Below are positions 1 through 13,346 of a DNA stretch of 63,693 nt, one piece after another. The DNA is taken from assembly GCF_001194135.2 (NCBI RefSeq), contig NC_068995.1, forward strand, positions 22,291,654 to 22,355,346. The letters are read 5' to 3'. The translations under genes and the position numbers were made by a program. The first letter of the stretch is position 1. Each line of letters begins with the position of its first letter. Source of the DNA: Octopus bimaculoides (lineage: Eukaryota). A model generated the notes under the pieces. That model was not told the DNA's origin. It saw only the letters and a program-made list of their open reading frames with translations, and searched no databases.

Positions 1-44
<44 letters not shown>

Positions 45-62
45 ACACACACACACACACAC
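1..62. repeat. (AC)n microsatellite
   Basis: Near-perfect AC dinucleotide run at the window start. Confidence 0.98.
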
Positions 63-73
63 ATGCATATAAA

Positions 74-731
74 CAGGGTGCAGTGGATAAACTTTCGTCT
101 AAATTACGCAAAAATGCTGACATCTCATTTTAAGAGATATATTTACCAATATTACATAAAAACATCTTGAAATACTAGAGAGTAATTTTTTTTGATAAAA
201 TTGCCATTGGCTTCAACCATCGTATTCAAACGATTTCGGAACCTCCTGCAGTTCTTCTGGACGATCTCCTTTGTTTAAGTTGGGGAATGCTGCCATAATC
301 CTTACCTGCAGATCACCTTTGTTGTTACAAGGAGTTTTGTTGGTCTCTTGCTCAGCTGCACCCCACACATAATAATCAAGGGGATTGCAGTCTGAAGAGT
401 TAGGTGGTCAGATGTTAGGCGTGATGTAGTCGCAGAAATTGTCTGACAGACATGACTGGGTTCTCCTGGTTGTGTGGTACGGTGCAGAGACCTGTTGCCA
501 GAGATAGGTTCTTCCAGCAGCCATCCTTTTTACCAAGGGCATCACTACCTCCTCTAGAGTCTGGGTATGTGTGGGAAGATGAAGAGAGGCATAACATTAC
601 CATCACTAGTATTCACTCCAAACACCATGATGTTGACTGGATGTCTGATTTTTATCACTCCCGGTACATGTCCTCAGATTGACACCTGAACACTCTGAAA
701 TGTTCGTATTGGAGCTTCCGGAGCAAATGCC
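74..731 (-). mobile_element. maT (DD37D) family Tc1/mariner transposase relic, 3' half with terminal repeat
   Basis: Manual minus-strand translation gives HPVNIMVFGVNTSDGNVMPLFIFPH...YLWQQ(V)SAPYHTTRRTQSCLSDNFCDYITPNI*PPNSSDCNPLDYYVWG. There are 37 residues between the QQ[D>V] position and PLD. A CAGGGTG terminus lies at 74. Stops and frameshifts are present. Confidence 0.85.
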
Positions 732-868
732 AAGCAGAATAAATTGCGTCATGATGCTGCCTATCTCATAGACGGTGCTCAACTGAACCTACTATACTAT
801 GTAGACCACAACAGCAAAAACAAACAATGCGTGTGCATATATTTTAATTCATATATATGGATATATGC

Positions 869-869
<1 letters not shown>

Positions 870-925
<56 letters not shown>

Positions 926-927
926 TG
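870..927. repeat. (GT)n microsatellite
   Basis: Direct reading. Confidence 0.95.
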
Positions 928-1794
928 AAGTAACATTATAGAATGCAAGAAAACTGCTGATGTTATAAGTCAGAGAAAAGTAGAGCGTTTGATTCTAACA
1001 GTAGTGTAAGTATTAGATCGAGAGAAAATTGATTAATTTTTCTTTCACATTTACTTCCAATTAACATACATTTGAATTTTCACTTTAGTTATTTATGGGT
1101 TACATGCTATACCGTACTCATTTGTTTATATAAAACTGCTTCATGTAATGAATAAAAGAACGTTTTGTATTCATACTGAGTGTTATGCTTGCTGGCATTA
1201 ATACGGCTCTTATTCATTAGTTATTTAGTGTAAAAAGTTTGCACTCTTATTTTTAATGTTTTATTGAAAGCAAGAGACACGTAAATTATCATCCCATCCT
1301 AACATTAAGAATCTATTTCTGTGTATGGTATGTGCCAAATATCACCTGCACAGTGCCAAATTTCAGATTACGGCAACTACAGAAATTTAATAGATAAGGA
1401 ACCGGAACACAATATTCTACTTAGATATAAACATAATTTCTTTTTCCCGAAAATAGTAAATTAAGATAGGTTCTTTCCTTCGTTTTCTCTCTCTCCCACT
1501 TTTTCTCTTTCGCTTTCTCCCTCTCTCTCCCTCACACACACTCTCTCTCCCTTTCTCCCCCTCACTCTCCCTATCTCCCCCCTCACTCTCCCTATCTCCT
1601 CTCCCCCTCTCTCTCTCTTGCAGCAAATATTGTATCACGAATTATCTGCAGAACTATAACCCATAAAAGAAAGTATTCATAAAAATGATTGGCATGTCAT
1701 GTATCCCACCCGTGTGGGATCGATGCCTGACGGACGACTAATAAACATTCTCGTATCTTCCCTGTTCTATCTCTTTCATTAATGAATTGCTAAG

Positions 1795-2110
1795 GAACGC
1801 TATTAAAGTGAACATGCTTTAGCGGTAAGCTACTAGGTGTATACTATACCGAAGATGCGAGATCTGGACTCTAGGCAGCGTTTTCTAGCACCTCAACATC
1901 CAATTGGTTAACGGTTTCAACGGTCTGGATGGCCGTGTGTGGATGTGCATTTTCATGCACCAACAAAACTTTCTCCGGCAATAGGCTTCAGCATTTGGAG
2001 AGAATTGCTGACTTCCGTTTGTTGGCCAGCAAATCATTGCATCTTGCACCGTTGATCGTATACCCCTTTTCCAGAGAAATTGGATTATTACTCTTTGTTC
2101 TCATTTTGTG
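1795..2110 (-). mobile_element. mariner (DD34D) transposase relic, catalytic C-terminal part
   Basis: Minus strand reads PISLEKGYTINGARCNDLLANK...VLLVHENAHPHTAIQTVETVNQLDVEVLENAA*SPDLASS, matching the mariner HDNARPH...HPPYSPDLAPSD motifs. Frameshifted. Confidence 0.8.
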
Positions 2111-5100
2111 CAAATTGCTAGTGGAGTGGCCATACCTATACTGTAAAGCCAGAAAGAAACATGGCTCGATCAGGCTCAAAGTTTGATTACGTGACCACAA
2201 TAGTACCAAATATAAGCATGTATGTGCAGAATGCGGTGTGACAATAATAAAGATATGTTATGGCGAATGTGCGGTTAACTTTTGACTTTCCCTCGTATAT
2301 ATATATATATATATATATATATATNNNNNNNNNNNNNNNNNNNNNNNNNNNNNNNNNNNNNNNNNNNNNNNNNNNNNNNNNNNNNNNNNNNNNNNNNNNN
2401 NNNNNNNNNNNNNNNNNNNNNNNNNNNNNNNNNNNNNNNNNNNNNNNNNNNNNNNNNNNNNNNNNNNNNNNNNNNNNNNNNNNNNNNNNNNNNNNNNNNN
2501 NNNNNNNNNNNNNNNNNNNNNTATACGCCTACCATATTTAAATTCGAGCTGTTAGTGTCATGTGTTATTTACTTATAGTTTCGCAATAAACTGGCAAGCG
2601 TACATATCAAGACGTGTGTTTCCTCTCAATCATTCAAATTCGAATATACAATGAATTTAACGGCACAAATTCCAACGAGAAAAGAAGAAACAGTTGAGTG
2701 AGGGGAAAAAAAAAGGAAAGAAAAGAATAACCTCCTTTGTTCGTTTAAATCAGAATGTTGATTATGTTCAGTTCAAGATTAGTAAGTTTGGTGTAACCTG
2801 ATGCATTGAAAGTTTGTGAGATTGCATGCTTGAACCGGAGAATTTGTGTCCTCCAGTTCCAAAAATATTTACATTTAATAATGGTTTTAGATTTGGCATT
2901 TATCAGGTCCGTGGAATTCTTAGATTTAAAAAAGAAATATGAGTTATTCCGGCTACACAATACCTGCATCAATTTGATCCATCTGTATATGAGGTGAATA
3001 GATCCACGATGTTCTTCCTGATGGTGTGTGTGTGCAGTAAGGTTTCAGATGCCAACTATGGCTAACTTAGTAGCTATCTTGCTATTCACCTGTTGCAGAG
3101 AAGTGTGGCGGTTCGCAATTCTTTTTTTTTTTTTTTAATTACTTTTGCATAAACCAAAGTAATTTTCTTTAGTGTTTCCTTAGTTTGGAAATCTGATATG
3201 ACATAGGTTTCACAAACAAATAAACTGATCATACACATCTGGTCGTGTAAGCAAGCATCGAGGTGTCCACAGTTACTGCGTGAGGTGGGTGCTTGGTGGG
3301 AACTGTGACAAAATCATTCATATTTGGACAACAGATGTAAGCAGCTTTCAGTAGTAGACGTTTTCATGTATCTGTGGTTAGCTAGGAAAGTCTATCTATT
3401 AAAACCAATAATTTCCCACTTACGTTAGTCTTAACATTAAAAAGGAAGGGGCAGCGATATTAACTTCCTAGATCTAATTTTTCTGTTTCGCTTTTTTTTG
3501 TTTTTAATTATAGAGCTGTAAGGTATCTTATCTCCGAATCCACTGTTATTCAGGGTATTATTATAGTATTATTGCTAACTATTTCCTCTGAAGATCACAT
3601 ATCCAATTGCCGATATTAGTTATAAGGTTTTTGACGACGACTAGGTTTTACATGACTGCTCACATGGATGCGTGAGCGTCTAATTCGACTTACTAGAGGG
3701 TTTATAAGAGCACATATTTAGGTCACAAGAAGCATTTAAGAAGTCAACTTCAGAGATATTAGTGAGTATGCACATGGCTTTGAGTTATAACTTTCTGTCG
3801 CAGTGGACATTAGCACAACCTCTAAAATAAGGCCTTTTGTCGCATCCGCTTCACCAAGACTTCATCTTTCACCAGAAGTATACTAAGTTATAGCTTATTC
3901 TGTGGTGCAGGCATATTCCCTTCTACTGTCCCCTTTTTGCTCTTTCCTTATTCATCTATTGCTTCTTATCTTCCTCTCGTCCTTTATCGGATTTTCTTAA
4001 AATTCCAGCGTGCTTTGTCATTTTTCAGGGAAAGACCAGCCACGTTGTATATTTCAGACTGAAAATGTGCTTGGAACCACAAGACTTGCTGTATAAGCTA
4101 ACCAGTTTGTTGTGCTTTCACAGCATGAAACTAATAGAAGCACATGCTGAATTACTTTGATTATTAAGTGATATTTATATTTCACTGGATGGAGTACATT
4201 TTTGTTCATCACCACCAATAACGGAACAATATATGCATAAGCGCGTGCGTGCGTGTATGTGTGTATTTGTGTTTATACACAGGTACCTCTCCTCAGCGCA
4301 CATGCAACACGTACAAAACGCGCGCACACACACACACCTACACAAATTTTGTGGAACAAGATGAATAGAAATCAATACATGAGTGTATATTCTTATTTTT
4401 TACTACTTTTGATCGAGGAAAAGTAAGAAACTTTCAAAAGGGACACAAGAGTCACGATTTAAGTTTTGAAAAAGTTGCCTCAGGCCAGTGTTTTTAGCTT
4501 AGCCAAAGTAAGATTCTGCTGTCTCTCATATATTCCTTTCCTTTCAATTTCATCTTGAAGAAAAACAATATACGAAACGTTGGATTTTCAACTGTTCACA
4601 GCAAGTTCACTGTACTCAATTCATTGATGTTACTACACAATATCTCCTGCTGTCACAGACCAAAACCAGCCGTTTTGAAGTCTGTTCAACCATATATAAA
4701 TGGATACTTGTTATTCTGGCATTGGTCGAGTGATGTAGACATCTCCGATGAGGTCCCAATATTGTTCGAAAATCAACTAAGGCTGTTCATAATTGTTTTC
4801 AGAATACAGAGGAATTGCTGAATTTGACTAGTTTGTATGTCAACTTGGCACCGTGTGTCTGTGTGTGTGTATGTAAGGTATGTGTAAGAAAATATTAGAT
4901 ATTATGAAAACCTCCTATTTCAAGAATAATAAAAAAAATTATCACCGAAGTTACCGAAGTTACAAAATTTTCAAGTAAGACATACCACCTGATGTTAGTG
5001 CTATATCCTAGTTCATTTCTATCAGATATCAATTAATGTATAACATTAATATATGTAGATATATCAAATGATTATACATTCTCATTTGAAATACCAAAGC

Positions 5101-5559
5101 AATAAATTCTTGCTATAGTGGATTTAATTTTATTGGTTCAATGGATAAGTCAAGAACATTTGATCATTGTTTCAAATTCACTGTGTCTTTGTATAAACCC
5201 AGATAATCTGGATTTTAAGATATAAATAATCAGATTACACGCGCATGAACGTTTAGAAACTGCAGTTATTTATACACACACTGTATGTTTGTCTGTGTGA
5301 ACGAAACATATAATGATCAGTAGTTAAATACCGTTATATATTTAGTGGCAATTGTAGTGACCAACAGTTAACCTCTTTCTTCCATATAAATAGAAGCATT
5401 TACTCTGTAGCATCTCATTGGTCGTTATATTATAATATTATGATGTATATATTTTCAGATCATATATTTCTTAATAATAATCTAGAATAACTCTTACTGA
5501 TAACTATTCCTGCGTATTCTATCCCACTTAATATGAAATAGAACCACTGAGTAAAGAAT

Positions 5560-5700
5560 TTTATTCTATTTTATATAAACCAAGAAGAATTTCATTCTAT
5601 TTTATATAAATCATGAAGACATGATCTATATAAATCATGTAGATACGATTTATATAAGTCATGAAGATATGATTTATATAAACCATGAAGAGAAATTTTA
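5560..5700. repeat. Degenerate ~24-30 bp minisatellite (TATATAAATCATGAAGA core)
   Basis: About six imperfect copies of tatataaa(t/c)catgaaga are visible. Confidence 0.75.
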
Positions 5701-7363
5701 CCATGCAAGTAGTTTGACTAATCTTTATAAAACATATTTTTTAGTTAATTTTAGTTTGGAAATCATGTAACTGATTGGCTTCTTGGCGCCATAGGATTCT
5801 GTTAATCACTATATGTTTGAGTGTTCTTCAAGCAATCACTATCATTTGAGTGTTTCTTAATACAAATGTTAGGCGTTTTTATCATCACTATATTCTACAG
5901 TGTGATCGACCACTTTAAGCACATTCAATTCCAGTTTTCCGATATTGCTGCTACTCATACTGTTGAATCATCCTACATATAGCATGGAGGAGTCAGCAGT
6001 TCAAAAGCAAGTGTCTAGTATTTAACGGAACCTTTTTTGACCTGTTGTACGTTATCAAGTATAAATGTGACTTAAGCTAAACATATATCTATGTCATATT
6101 AGTGGAAGAGCTGTTTATAACTTATTTACACTACAAATTTCACTCCAATACAGTAAAATACGACGTAATGTTTTTCTTTTGACTTTATATTTTATCAAAT
6201 CGAGCTTTCTAAACTGAAATATCTCCCTTAGTTGTTTGATATTTTGGTAGCTGAAATGCTACGCATAGTTAATAGCCTATTTGTTGCTACAAGTGTATTA
6301 CTCAACTTTGAGCATTCAATGATATTTCAGATGACTGTATTAATAACGCTAATGCATCATTTCAAATTTTCCGTTTTTAGAGTTTCCATACTACATCTCT
6401 ATCAATTTACATTTCTATGATAGCGTATACTTCGCCTTTCTTACACGCAATTCATCGCATCCAATTTTTTTCTACCTCATCTCATATTCCTTTCTGAATA
6501 ACATTCTTTGGAGACTGTAATATAATTTTGCTATTTCTATTTTCTTTGTTGTATTATTTTTCCTTATTCTCAAATGCAGTTCATGCTAATATGACGATCT
6601 TTGTAATTCCTCTGAAAATTAAATGATTTTTATATGTCTACATGTTTTAACACTCATCCAAATATTAGTCGCCATTTTGTATTCTGTCTTGAACTTCTGT
6701 TTTGTTTAAATGTTTTCTAATTTTATTTCTTTTACCAATACGAAGTAAAACATTAATCATTTCCAACATTGAGATCCGTAAACACCATTTACTCAACTGA
6801 TTGATTTCTGTAAGTACGTGACTATTCTCAATTGGCTATGACTGGCCATCGCTTTCTTTCAATCACATTTGATACTCTGCAGTAGATTATGTCAACATAG
6901 ATATCTGTAGTACGTAGCATCTTTAAGAATTAGAGTGCTATTCCAAGAAATAGGAAACCAGTCTAGCTAGCATTTTTCTATGAATTTCATCTACTGTTGT
7001 GTAATTAAAGAAATTGTCCAAATTCAAAACTATCATCACGTCGTGTAGTTGGTGTACAGCTTAGATGGTCTACTTGTTTATTGCATAGAAAGCAAATGTG
7101 TTTCTGCTGACGAGATTCAGAAGAATCTAATAAGATAGAATGAACTTTTATTTAAAGAACTGGGTTGCATTTGAGAGAAGCAACTGTTTTGGCTTTGATT
7201 ATCATCTCTATACCTGGCAATAATAGTCTAGTTTCTTCATCATATTATTTTCCATACAATTCCTCTAGTTTTATAAAGACACCATTCGTTAATGGTTGCA
7301 TGTATGTATGTAAAGATAAGCGCACATGTAATGTATTCGTAAACACATACACACACGTGCGCG

Positions 7364-7486
<123 letters not shown>

Positions 7487-8911
7487 CTGTGCGGGTGTGT
7501 CTGTGTGTAGTGTGTGTACATATACACACATAAATATTGGGTCGTATACAGTTGTTTGTGCATTGTAGACTTACAGCTGTTTCTGATATGCATTTTATGT
7601 ACGCTCATGGTTCAATTTAATCAATCATTCGACTGCTGGATTGAAAATATTGTAAACGGCCATTGGAATGCTATCTTATAGTTCAACAAATCAATTGTCA
7701 AGCGAAAGGAAGAGAAGAAAAGAGAAAAGAACAGAAACGAAGAAAAGAGGAGGAATTTTGTTCTCTGTGGCACTTATACGGATCAAGGTTGCCTGTTTCT
7801 AGGCACCGGTATCAAGCTATTGTTCTCACTTATCATGGTTAAATAGTATAAATATTTAGTATAGAAATTTCATATCCAACAACTTAGGGTCAGTGTCCGA
7901 CTTAGTGCAATTAGTACTGCATTTTTGATGCTGTGCCGAAAGAGTGTTTTGGATATGTCCTAACTTCAGATGGGTGAATAGTATTAACATTCAGTATATA
8001 AATTTGATACCCAACAACTTCGTTAGGATTGGTGGCAATTACTACTATATAATATTGGACGCTATGCCAAGGGAGGTGTTTGAACATACAGAAACAGGAG
8101 GCCGCCAGGCCAAATCTGACTGCTTTAAATGTAAAGTATGGATATCTATCTAATTAGTTATGACACTTAACAATGATATTTAGAGCTAGTAATCAGAGCT
8201 TAGAAGTAACTAAATGAATAAATTATAACATTTAAATTTACAGTAGTACCGAAACTACATAAGCCTTAAAATATATGACTTGTTATCAATGATATGGCTG
8301 CAAAGGTAGGATGAGCAATTATTTAGAGAGAGGGTGGTATAGTGAATTACACAGGTGCTAAGTGAAGAGAGTAAACGAAACATAATAAACATAAAACAAA
8401 AGCAACAGAAAACAGAAAGCATGATGGATGAATAAGTGAACGGATATAGGAGAATAAAAAAGATTAAATGGATCCATATATATGTATGTATATATCTATA
8501 CATACATATATGAATACATACATATACATACATACATATATATATATATATATGCATGTATGTATTCATATGTAAGTATGTCTGAGTGTGAATAGGGATA
8601 CTGAAAAAGAACACAATCCCGTCACCTCAGTCTAAGTGTAATAACGAAACGTCAGCGATAAAATACAATAATGTAACACATAATAAAAAAAAGATAGGAA
8701 TGCATGCACGAAATTTCGTGTTAAAAGAAAAAAACCGTATAAAGCACAACACTCACAACGTAATACAGTATAGCAACATACAAGAATTCTGGATCAAATG
8801 CAAAAATATGCTAAAGTAAAAATAGGCAAATACTAATTATTCGTCGCTGGAGATTTCGAAATCCAGAATGAGGAAAAATGTCCACGGAAGTACAAAGCTC
8901 AATTAATTCTG

Positions 8912-9600
8912 TCTGCTGACGTGCAACTGTACCACATAAGTAAACTAAAATTGAAATATTGAGCTAGAAGCAGTTCTAATAATATAAACATTATCAATGA
9001 CATACACTTACCGTATGTGTGGTGTTTTAACGCTTTTAGTCTGTGGTATTTCGTCCAAGGAAAGTACCTTGGAAGACATAAAGCGTTATAAAACACTGTA
9101 TACCTCAAACTGAAATAACAGCAAAATATCTATTTCTGTTGTTCTGGTTCACCTCCGAATCCACTCGACTAGCCTGTTTTGAGATATACCATGTATTTTA
9201 ACACCATTCGACTGTAAAGTTATTTTTCGCTGAACGAAATACCGTAGAATGAAATCCTCTAGACAACACACATACACTAAGTATGTGAAATTCATATTTA
9301 TTTTACTATTGAAAAGCTGCTGCACATCAGCAGATAGATTTTGACGCTTAGAACAGCTATTTGAATTCGTTTCGAAGATGATTCGAATATAAAACTCCGA
9401 TGAGCTGAAAAAACAAGCAAGACATCTTCCGTTCTCGTTCAGCGCCAAGGCTCATTCGTTTTGTCCGCTTTTGAGGTATACACCTTTTTTTAACACTGTA
9501 CATCTTTTAAGGACTTTTTGCGTACAAAATGCCGTAGCCTAAAAGCATTTAAACAACATACATACATTAATTATGTGACATCTATAATGTTTATAGTTAC
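8912..9600. repeat. Degenerate three-copy repeat: one copy inverted against two tandem copies (period ~292 bp)
   Basis: The reverse complement of 8912-9109 aligns by eye to 9178-9334 (tttgagatatac...tgcacatcagcaga) and to 9470-9600 (tttgaggtatac...ctaaaagc...tatgtgaca). Confidence 0.7.
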
Positions 9601-10149
9601 ATCCAAAACACCTTGCAACATGGCCTTCGAAAGCAAATACATAAAGGTTGTCAAGATGCAGATAAATTCTTAGCAGGAGAATAAAGAGAGAAAAAAAAAA
9701 CAAAGTAATAAATCAGCTGAAATGTTGCCAGCAGTAGCTTTTCATCTCGAGTACGATAAAGCATTTAAGAAAATGGTAAAATAAAACAATTACCTTACTA
9801 GAGACGTTTTATCATCTAGGTTCCAAATAACTTGGTTTTCAGAGTGAGTGAAACTGACAAACCCATCTGAAACAACTCGTTGATAACATTTTATATTCTC
9901 TAGGGGAGGGTTCCAAAATCGATGTCATATATCTTACCTTAAAGCTTCGACAGAGTCGAGCAAAGCATTCTGCTGAATAAGACATCCTATCCAGCATGGG
10001 AATACATTGAACGCTACTATAGTTAATTATATGTTTTTTTGTCAAAGGGAACACAAAATATCGGGATCCCCCAAAATTAAATGGTTGTAGTAAATGTTAA
10101 GGGTCGCACTCAGAGGAAACTGTTTTTTCGCCTACATTTTTTTTTTGCC

Positions 10150-10272
10150 GCGTTTATTAATGACATAGGTATTGTCATCAAACATAACGGCATTAAATTA
10201 TTGACAGCCAGCGTTTATTAATGATATAGGTATTGTCATCAAACATAACGGCATTAAATTATTGACAGCCAG
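10150..10272. repeat. Tandem duplication, 2 x 61 bp
   Basis: gcgtttattaatga(c/t)ataggtattgtcatcaaacataacggcattaaattattgacagcca occurs twice with one mismatch. Confidence 0.95.
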
Positions 10273-10367
10273 CTCTAGAAAGTGGTCATGTAAATATATT
10301 ATGGAAAAAAATCCAACCTGATACACACACATACATACACACATGTATATTTGTATGTAATTATATA

Positions 10368-11155
10368 CGTGCCGCATCCCAGAAGGTCTGAAACTTTTTT
10401 AGTTGAACCATTTACAACTGTCCATGGTAACTGTAATTTTAGTAAACCACTTTGAACACTGTAATAAATACTGCTTGTCACTACTGATTAATAAGCGGAA
10501 TGCAGTCGGGACGTAAAAGCAATTTGGAAGTTCGCTATGCAATAAAGTTTTGTGTTAAACTGGGAAAAAATGCCAGTGAAGTTTATGAAATGCTCCTGAT
10601 TGTTTATGGATTAAAATTGTATGAGACGAAAATCTGTTGTTTTCCTCTGTCACAAGAGGCCAGGCAAGAGCATGCCCATCGGGAAGCTCATAATGGTCCT
10701 CTTTTTCAACACCAAGGGCATCATCCACGTCTACTGGGTTCCCTCTGACCATATGGTCAACAAATAGTGTTCTGTGAAGGTTTTCAGTGAGTACAGAAAT
10801 TGATTTCGTCACAAAACACCAGATCTCTTCTGCTCACGTTGGTAGTACCTGCTCCAGGACAATGAATTAATCGACAACACCAATCTACTAACAAAGTACC
10901 TGAAACGGATGTGTATCAAAACTGTCGCTCATCCTCATAACAGTAAAATCGTCCTCCCTGTGATATTTTGTTTCTTCCACAAGCTGAAGAACGACTTCTG
11001 GGGGAAGTCGTTTTGAAAACATTGGGAAGATGAAGGAAGCTGTGACAAGGGCCTAAGCGACTTGCAATTTGGAAGACTCCCTCAGAGCCTTCACGAAATG
11101 GCTGGAGCACTTCAGCAAATGCATTGAAGTAAGAGAATATTACTTTGTGCTTTGC
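10368..11155 (+). mobile_element. mariner element relic with internal deletion
   Basis: N-terminus EVRYAIKFCVKLGKNASEVYEML. C-terminus KGIIHVYWVP...QDN...FFHKLKNDFWGSRFENIGKMKEAVTRA...FTKWLEHFSKCIEVR. TA precedes the putative left terminus at 10368. Confidence 0.9.
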
Positions 11156-11469
11156 AGCAGTCATTGTTAATTGTGTTGTTGCCATTGTTATGGCCGGCCA
11201 TGACATTTATTGTGTGGGTTTGTGTGTGTGCGTGGGTTCGTTTCGGATGTTGTATATATCCATGCCATTTATACAACTTCATTTATGTATTTTATGCATC
11301 TCTATGTCTAATATATATCACAGGTATGTGACAAATATATTCACATATTAATTTATTTATCTACTTATATAATGGTATTTTTATTAATTTTTTTGTAGTC
11401 GTCTATCTCTGTTTCTCATAAAAATCAGTTAAATGCATATATATATATCTATTTTGTATGTATTACCCT

Positions 11470-11880
11470 GTATGTTTCTGCGTGCAACTTACGATCTTTG
11501 TTCCCCCTCTCTTCTCAGTCCTTGTCGTTAGTCATCTGGTGTGGTGGTTGGTGTTCCTGTTCCATTCGTGTTCTCTATTAAGGTGCCGTCTATCTCCTGT
11601 TATGTTTGTAGTCTCTGTGATCTGTCTAAATGTCTTGTCAGTTCTATATGTCAATAGTAATTTGACATCTATGCTATTAATCGAGCCTCCATGTTCTGCC
11701 TGAGCATGTTGTTAGAGCGCTGACGAGCTTTTTCCCTTCTTTGAGCTCACGCCAATCTTCACTTATACGCTCTCCTATGCTGCGTGTAGTCTCTTTAACG
11801 TAGGTAGTTGTCATGTTTCTACGTTGTCCCTCAGTACATCGTAAGCTATACATTACTTTCCTAACCATGTTAACCTATGG
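11470..11880 (-). mobile_element. Penelope-like element, GIY-YIG endonuclease C-terminal relic
   Basis: Minus strand reads KVMYSLRCTE...TTYVKETTRSIGERISEDWRELKEGKK..SAL, then after a frameshift AEHGGSINSIDVKLLL...RQITE. This fits the GIY-YIG pattern (V-Y-x-I-x-C...Y-V-G-x-T-x-R...R..EH). Confidence 0.75.
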
Positions 11881-11899
11881 ATTCATCCTACAGGCAACA

Positions 11900-12250
11900 T
11901 AATTGTACTCTGTACAGAGGAACTTACCTGTAGGATATGTATTGCAGATCAGGGATTATAAAGGCTCAATTAAGAGAAGAGAGATTAAAGTACTATTGAC
12001 ACAGAGAACTGACACGACACTTCGACAGATCACAGAGGCGACACACATTACAGCAGATTGGCCGAGCCACAATAGAAAAGATGAATGGAGCAGTAACACC
12101 CACCACCAGAGCACATGACTAAATACAAGGACGTGACGAATTTGTGTCCAAGGACGTGACAAATTTGTGCTAAATGATATACAGCAATCTTATCTAAGAA
12201 TATTCTCATACGGGATATCCTATTTGAGGTAAGTCAAAACATTATCGTGA
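11900..12250 (+). mobile_element. Second Penelope-like 3' fragment, inverted relative to 11470-11880
   Basis: 11962-12132 aligns to the reverse complement of 11518-11688; peptide GSIKRREIKVLLTQRTDTTLRQITEATHI. Confidence 0.7.
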
Positions 12251-12425
12251 GTAAAATACTACTAATAATTGGCGTATGAAATATTTATGGGATGGTTATA
12301 AGTAAATAATTTGCCTATCGAGGAAAAGTGGGAATTCGTGACTCCATTACAAGTATGATGCGGCGAACTAGCAGCATTACAAATTTCCTTCTGAATCAAT
12401 CGAGAAAATACTCAAATATATATTG

Positions 12426-12617
12426 GTTTCAAATTTTGGCACATGGTCATTAATTTTACATCGACGCCACTGGTCAACTGGCACTTATTTTATCAAAATC
12501 CGAAAGGATGAAACGTAAAGTTTACCTCGGCAATATTTGAACTCAGGATGTAAAGATGAATGAAATGCCGCTAAGCATTTTGCCCGGCGTATTAACTACT
12601 CTACCAGCTCACTGCGT
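12426..12617 (-). mobile_element. SINE family 1 (tRNA-like head), tail type 2
   Basis: The reverse complement matches the 17359 copy head and core (gagctggtag...gagttcaaat...cctttc) and ends in a gccaaaatttgaaac tail. Confidence 0.8.
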
Positions 12618-13305
12618 TAATATTCAAATATATATATTGAGAACGTAATTTAAGAAGAGAAACTTCAAAATATTTGTTGAAGACACATATTCCACTAGGT
12701 AAGTACAGAAAGTAGTCATTAATCTATTGTAATTGTCTAAGTGGTCTGAAATTAAGGAGTACTGTTCAAGAATGTGGAAACACTGTCACACCTATGTAGG
12801 AATGGCAACGGGCGATCTCGAACATACATTTTGTCTCAGAAGAGAAAATCATTTCCCACTTGGGTGAATCAATCTTTTAGCTTAATATTCCTTTTTCTAT
12901 TACTGTAGACAAAATTATATGTGTTCATGTGTGTGTACATGTGTGAGTGTGTTTCTCTTTATGTCTGTATGCATATTTTTGATGTCTATTAAAAGAAAAG
13001 AAATCCTATTTTGTTAAAATAAACACATTTATTTCTTATTAATGGAAATTCACTGAAAGACATCGTATAATGAAAGGACGTTTTAATCGAGTATACCGCT
13101 TTAAATTGTCACTTATCATCAGAACCTATCTTTATATACTTATTAGCTTTTAATTAAACTGTTCTTTGCCATAAAATACATCCATAAATCAAAAGTATTA
13201 TTTCTAATAAAGCCACACTTGTGTGGCCATCGACAGATTTGGAATTTATATTCAATATTTCATGTTGTGTGTGTGTGTGTGTGTGTGTGTCTGTGNNNNN
13301 NNNNN

Positions 13306-13346
<41 letters not shown>

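Noticed and set aside
3236-3345. WD40-like peptide GGNCDKIIHIW ending at a GAT|GTAAGC donor
   Set aside because: There is an in-frame stop just upstream and no credible acceptor.
7105-7135. CTGACGA-GATTC(AGAA)GAATC hairpin resembling a hammerhead 5' half
   Set aside because: GAAA is replaced by TAAT and no stem I or stem III forms.
8590-8660. GGGAT...ATCCC and GAAACGTC near 8.6 kb as a possible hammerhead
   Set aside because: The core elements lie on different strands or are incomplete.
9938-10016. Minus-strand exon candidate with strong donor AAG|GTAAGA
   Set aside because: Poor acceptor and no recognisable peptide in either open frame.
11721-11728. CTGACGA/CTGAAGA hits inside transposon coding sequence (also 391, 10984, 53452, 54577)
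   Set aside because: No downstream stem II-GAAA geometry; explained by codons.
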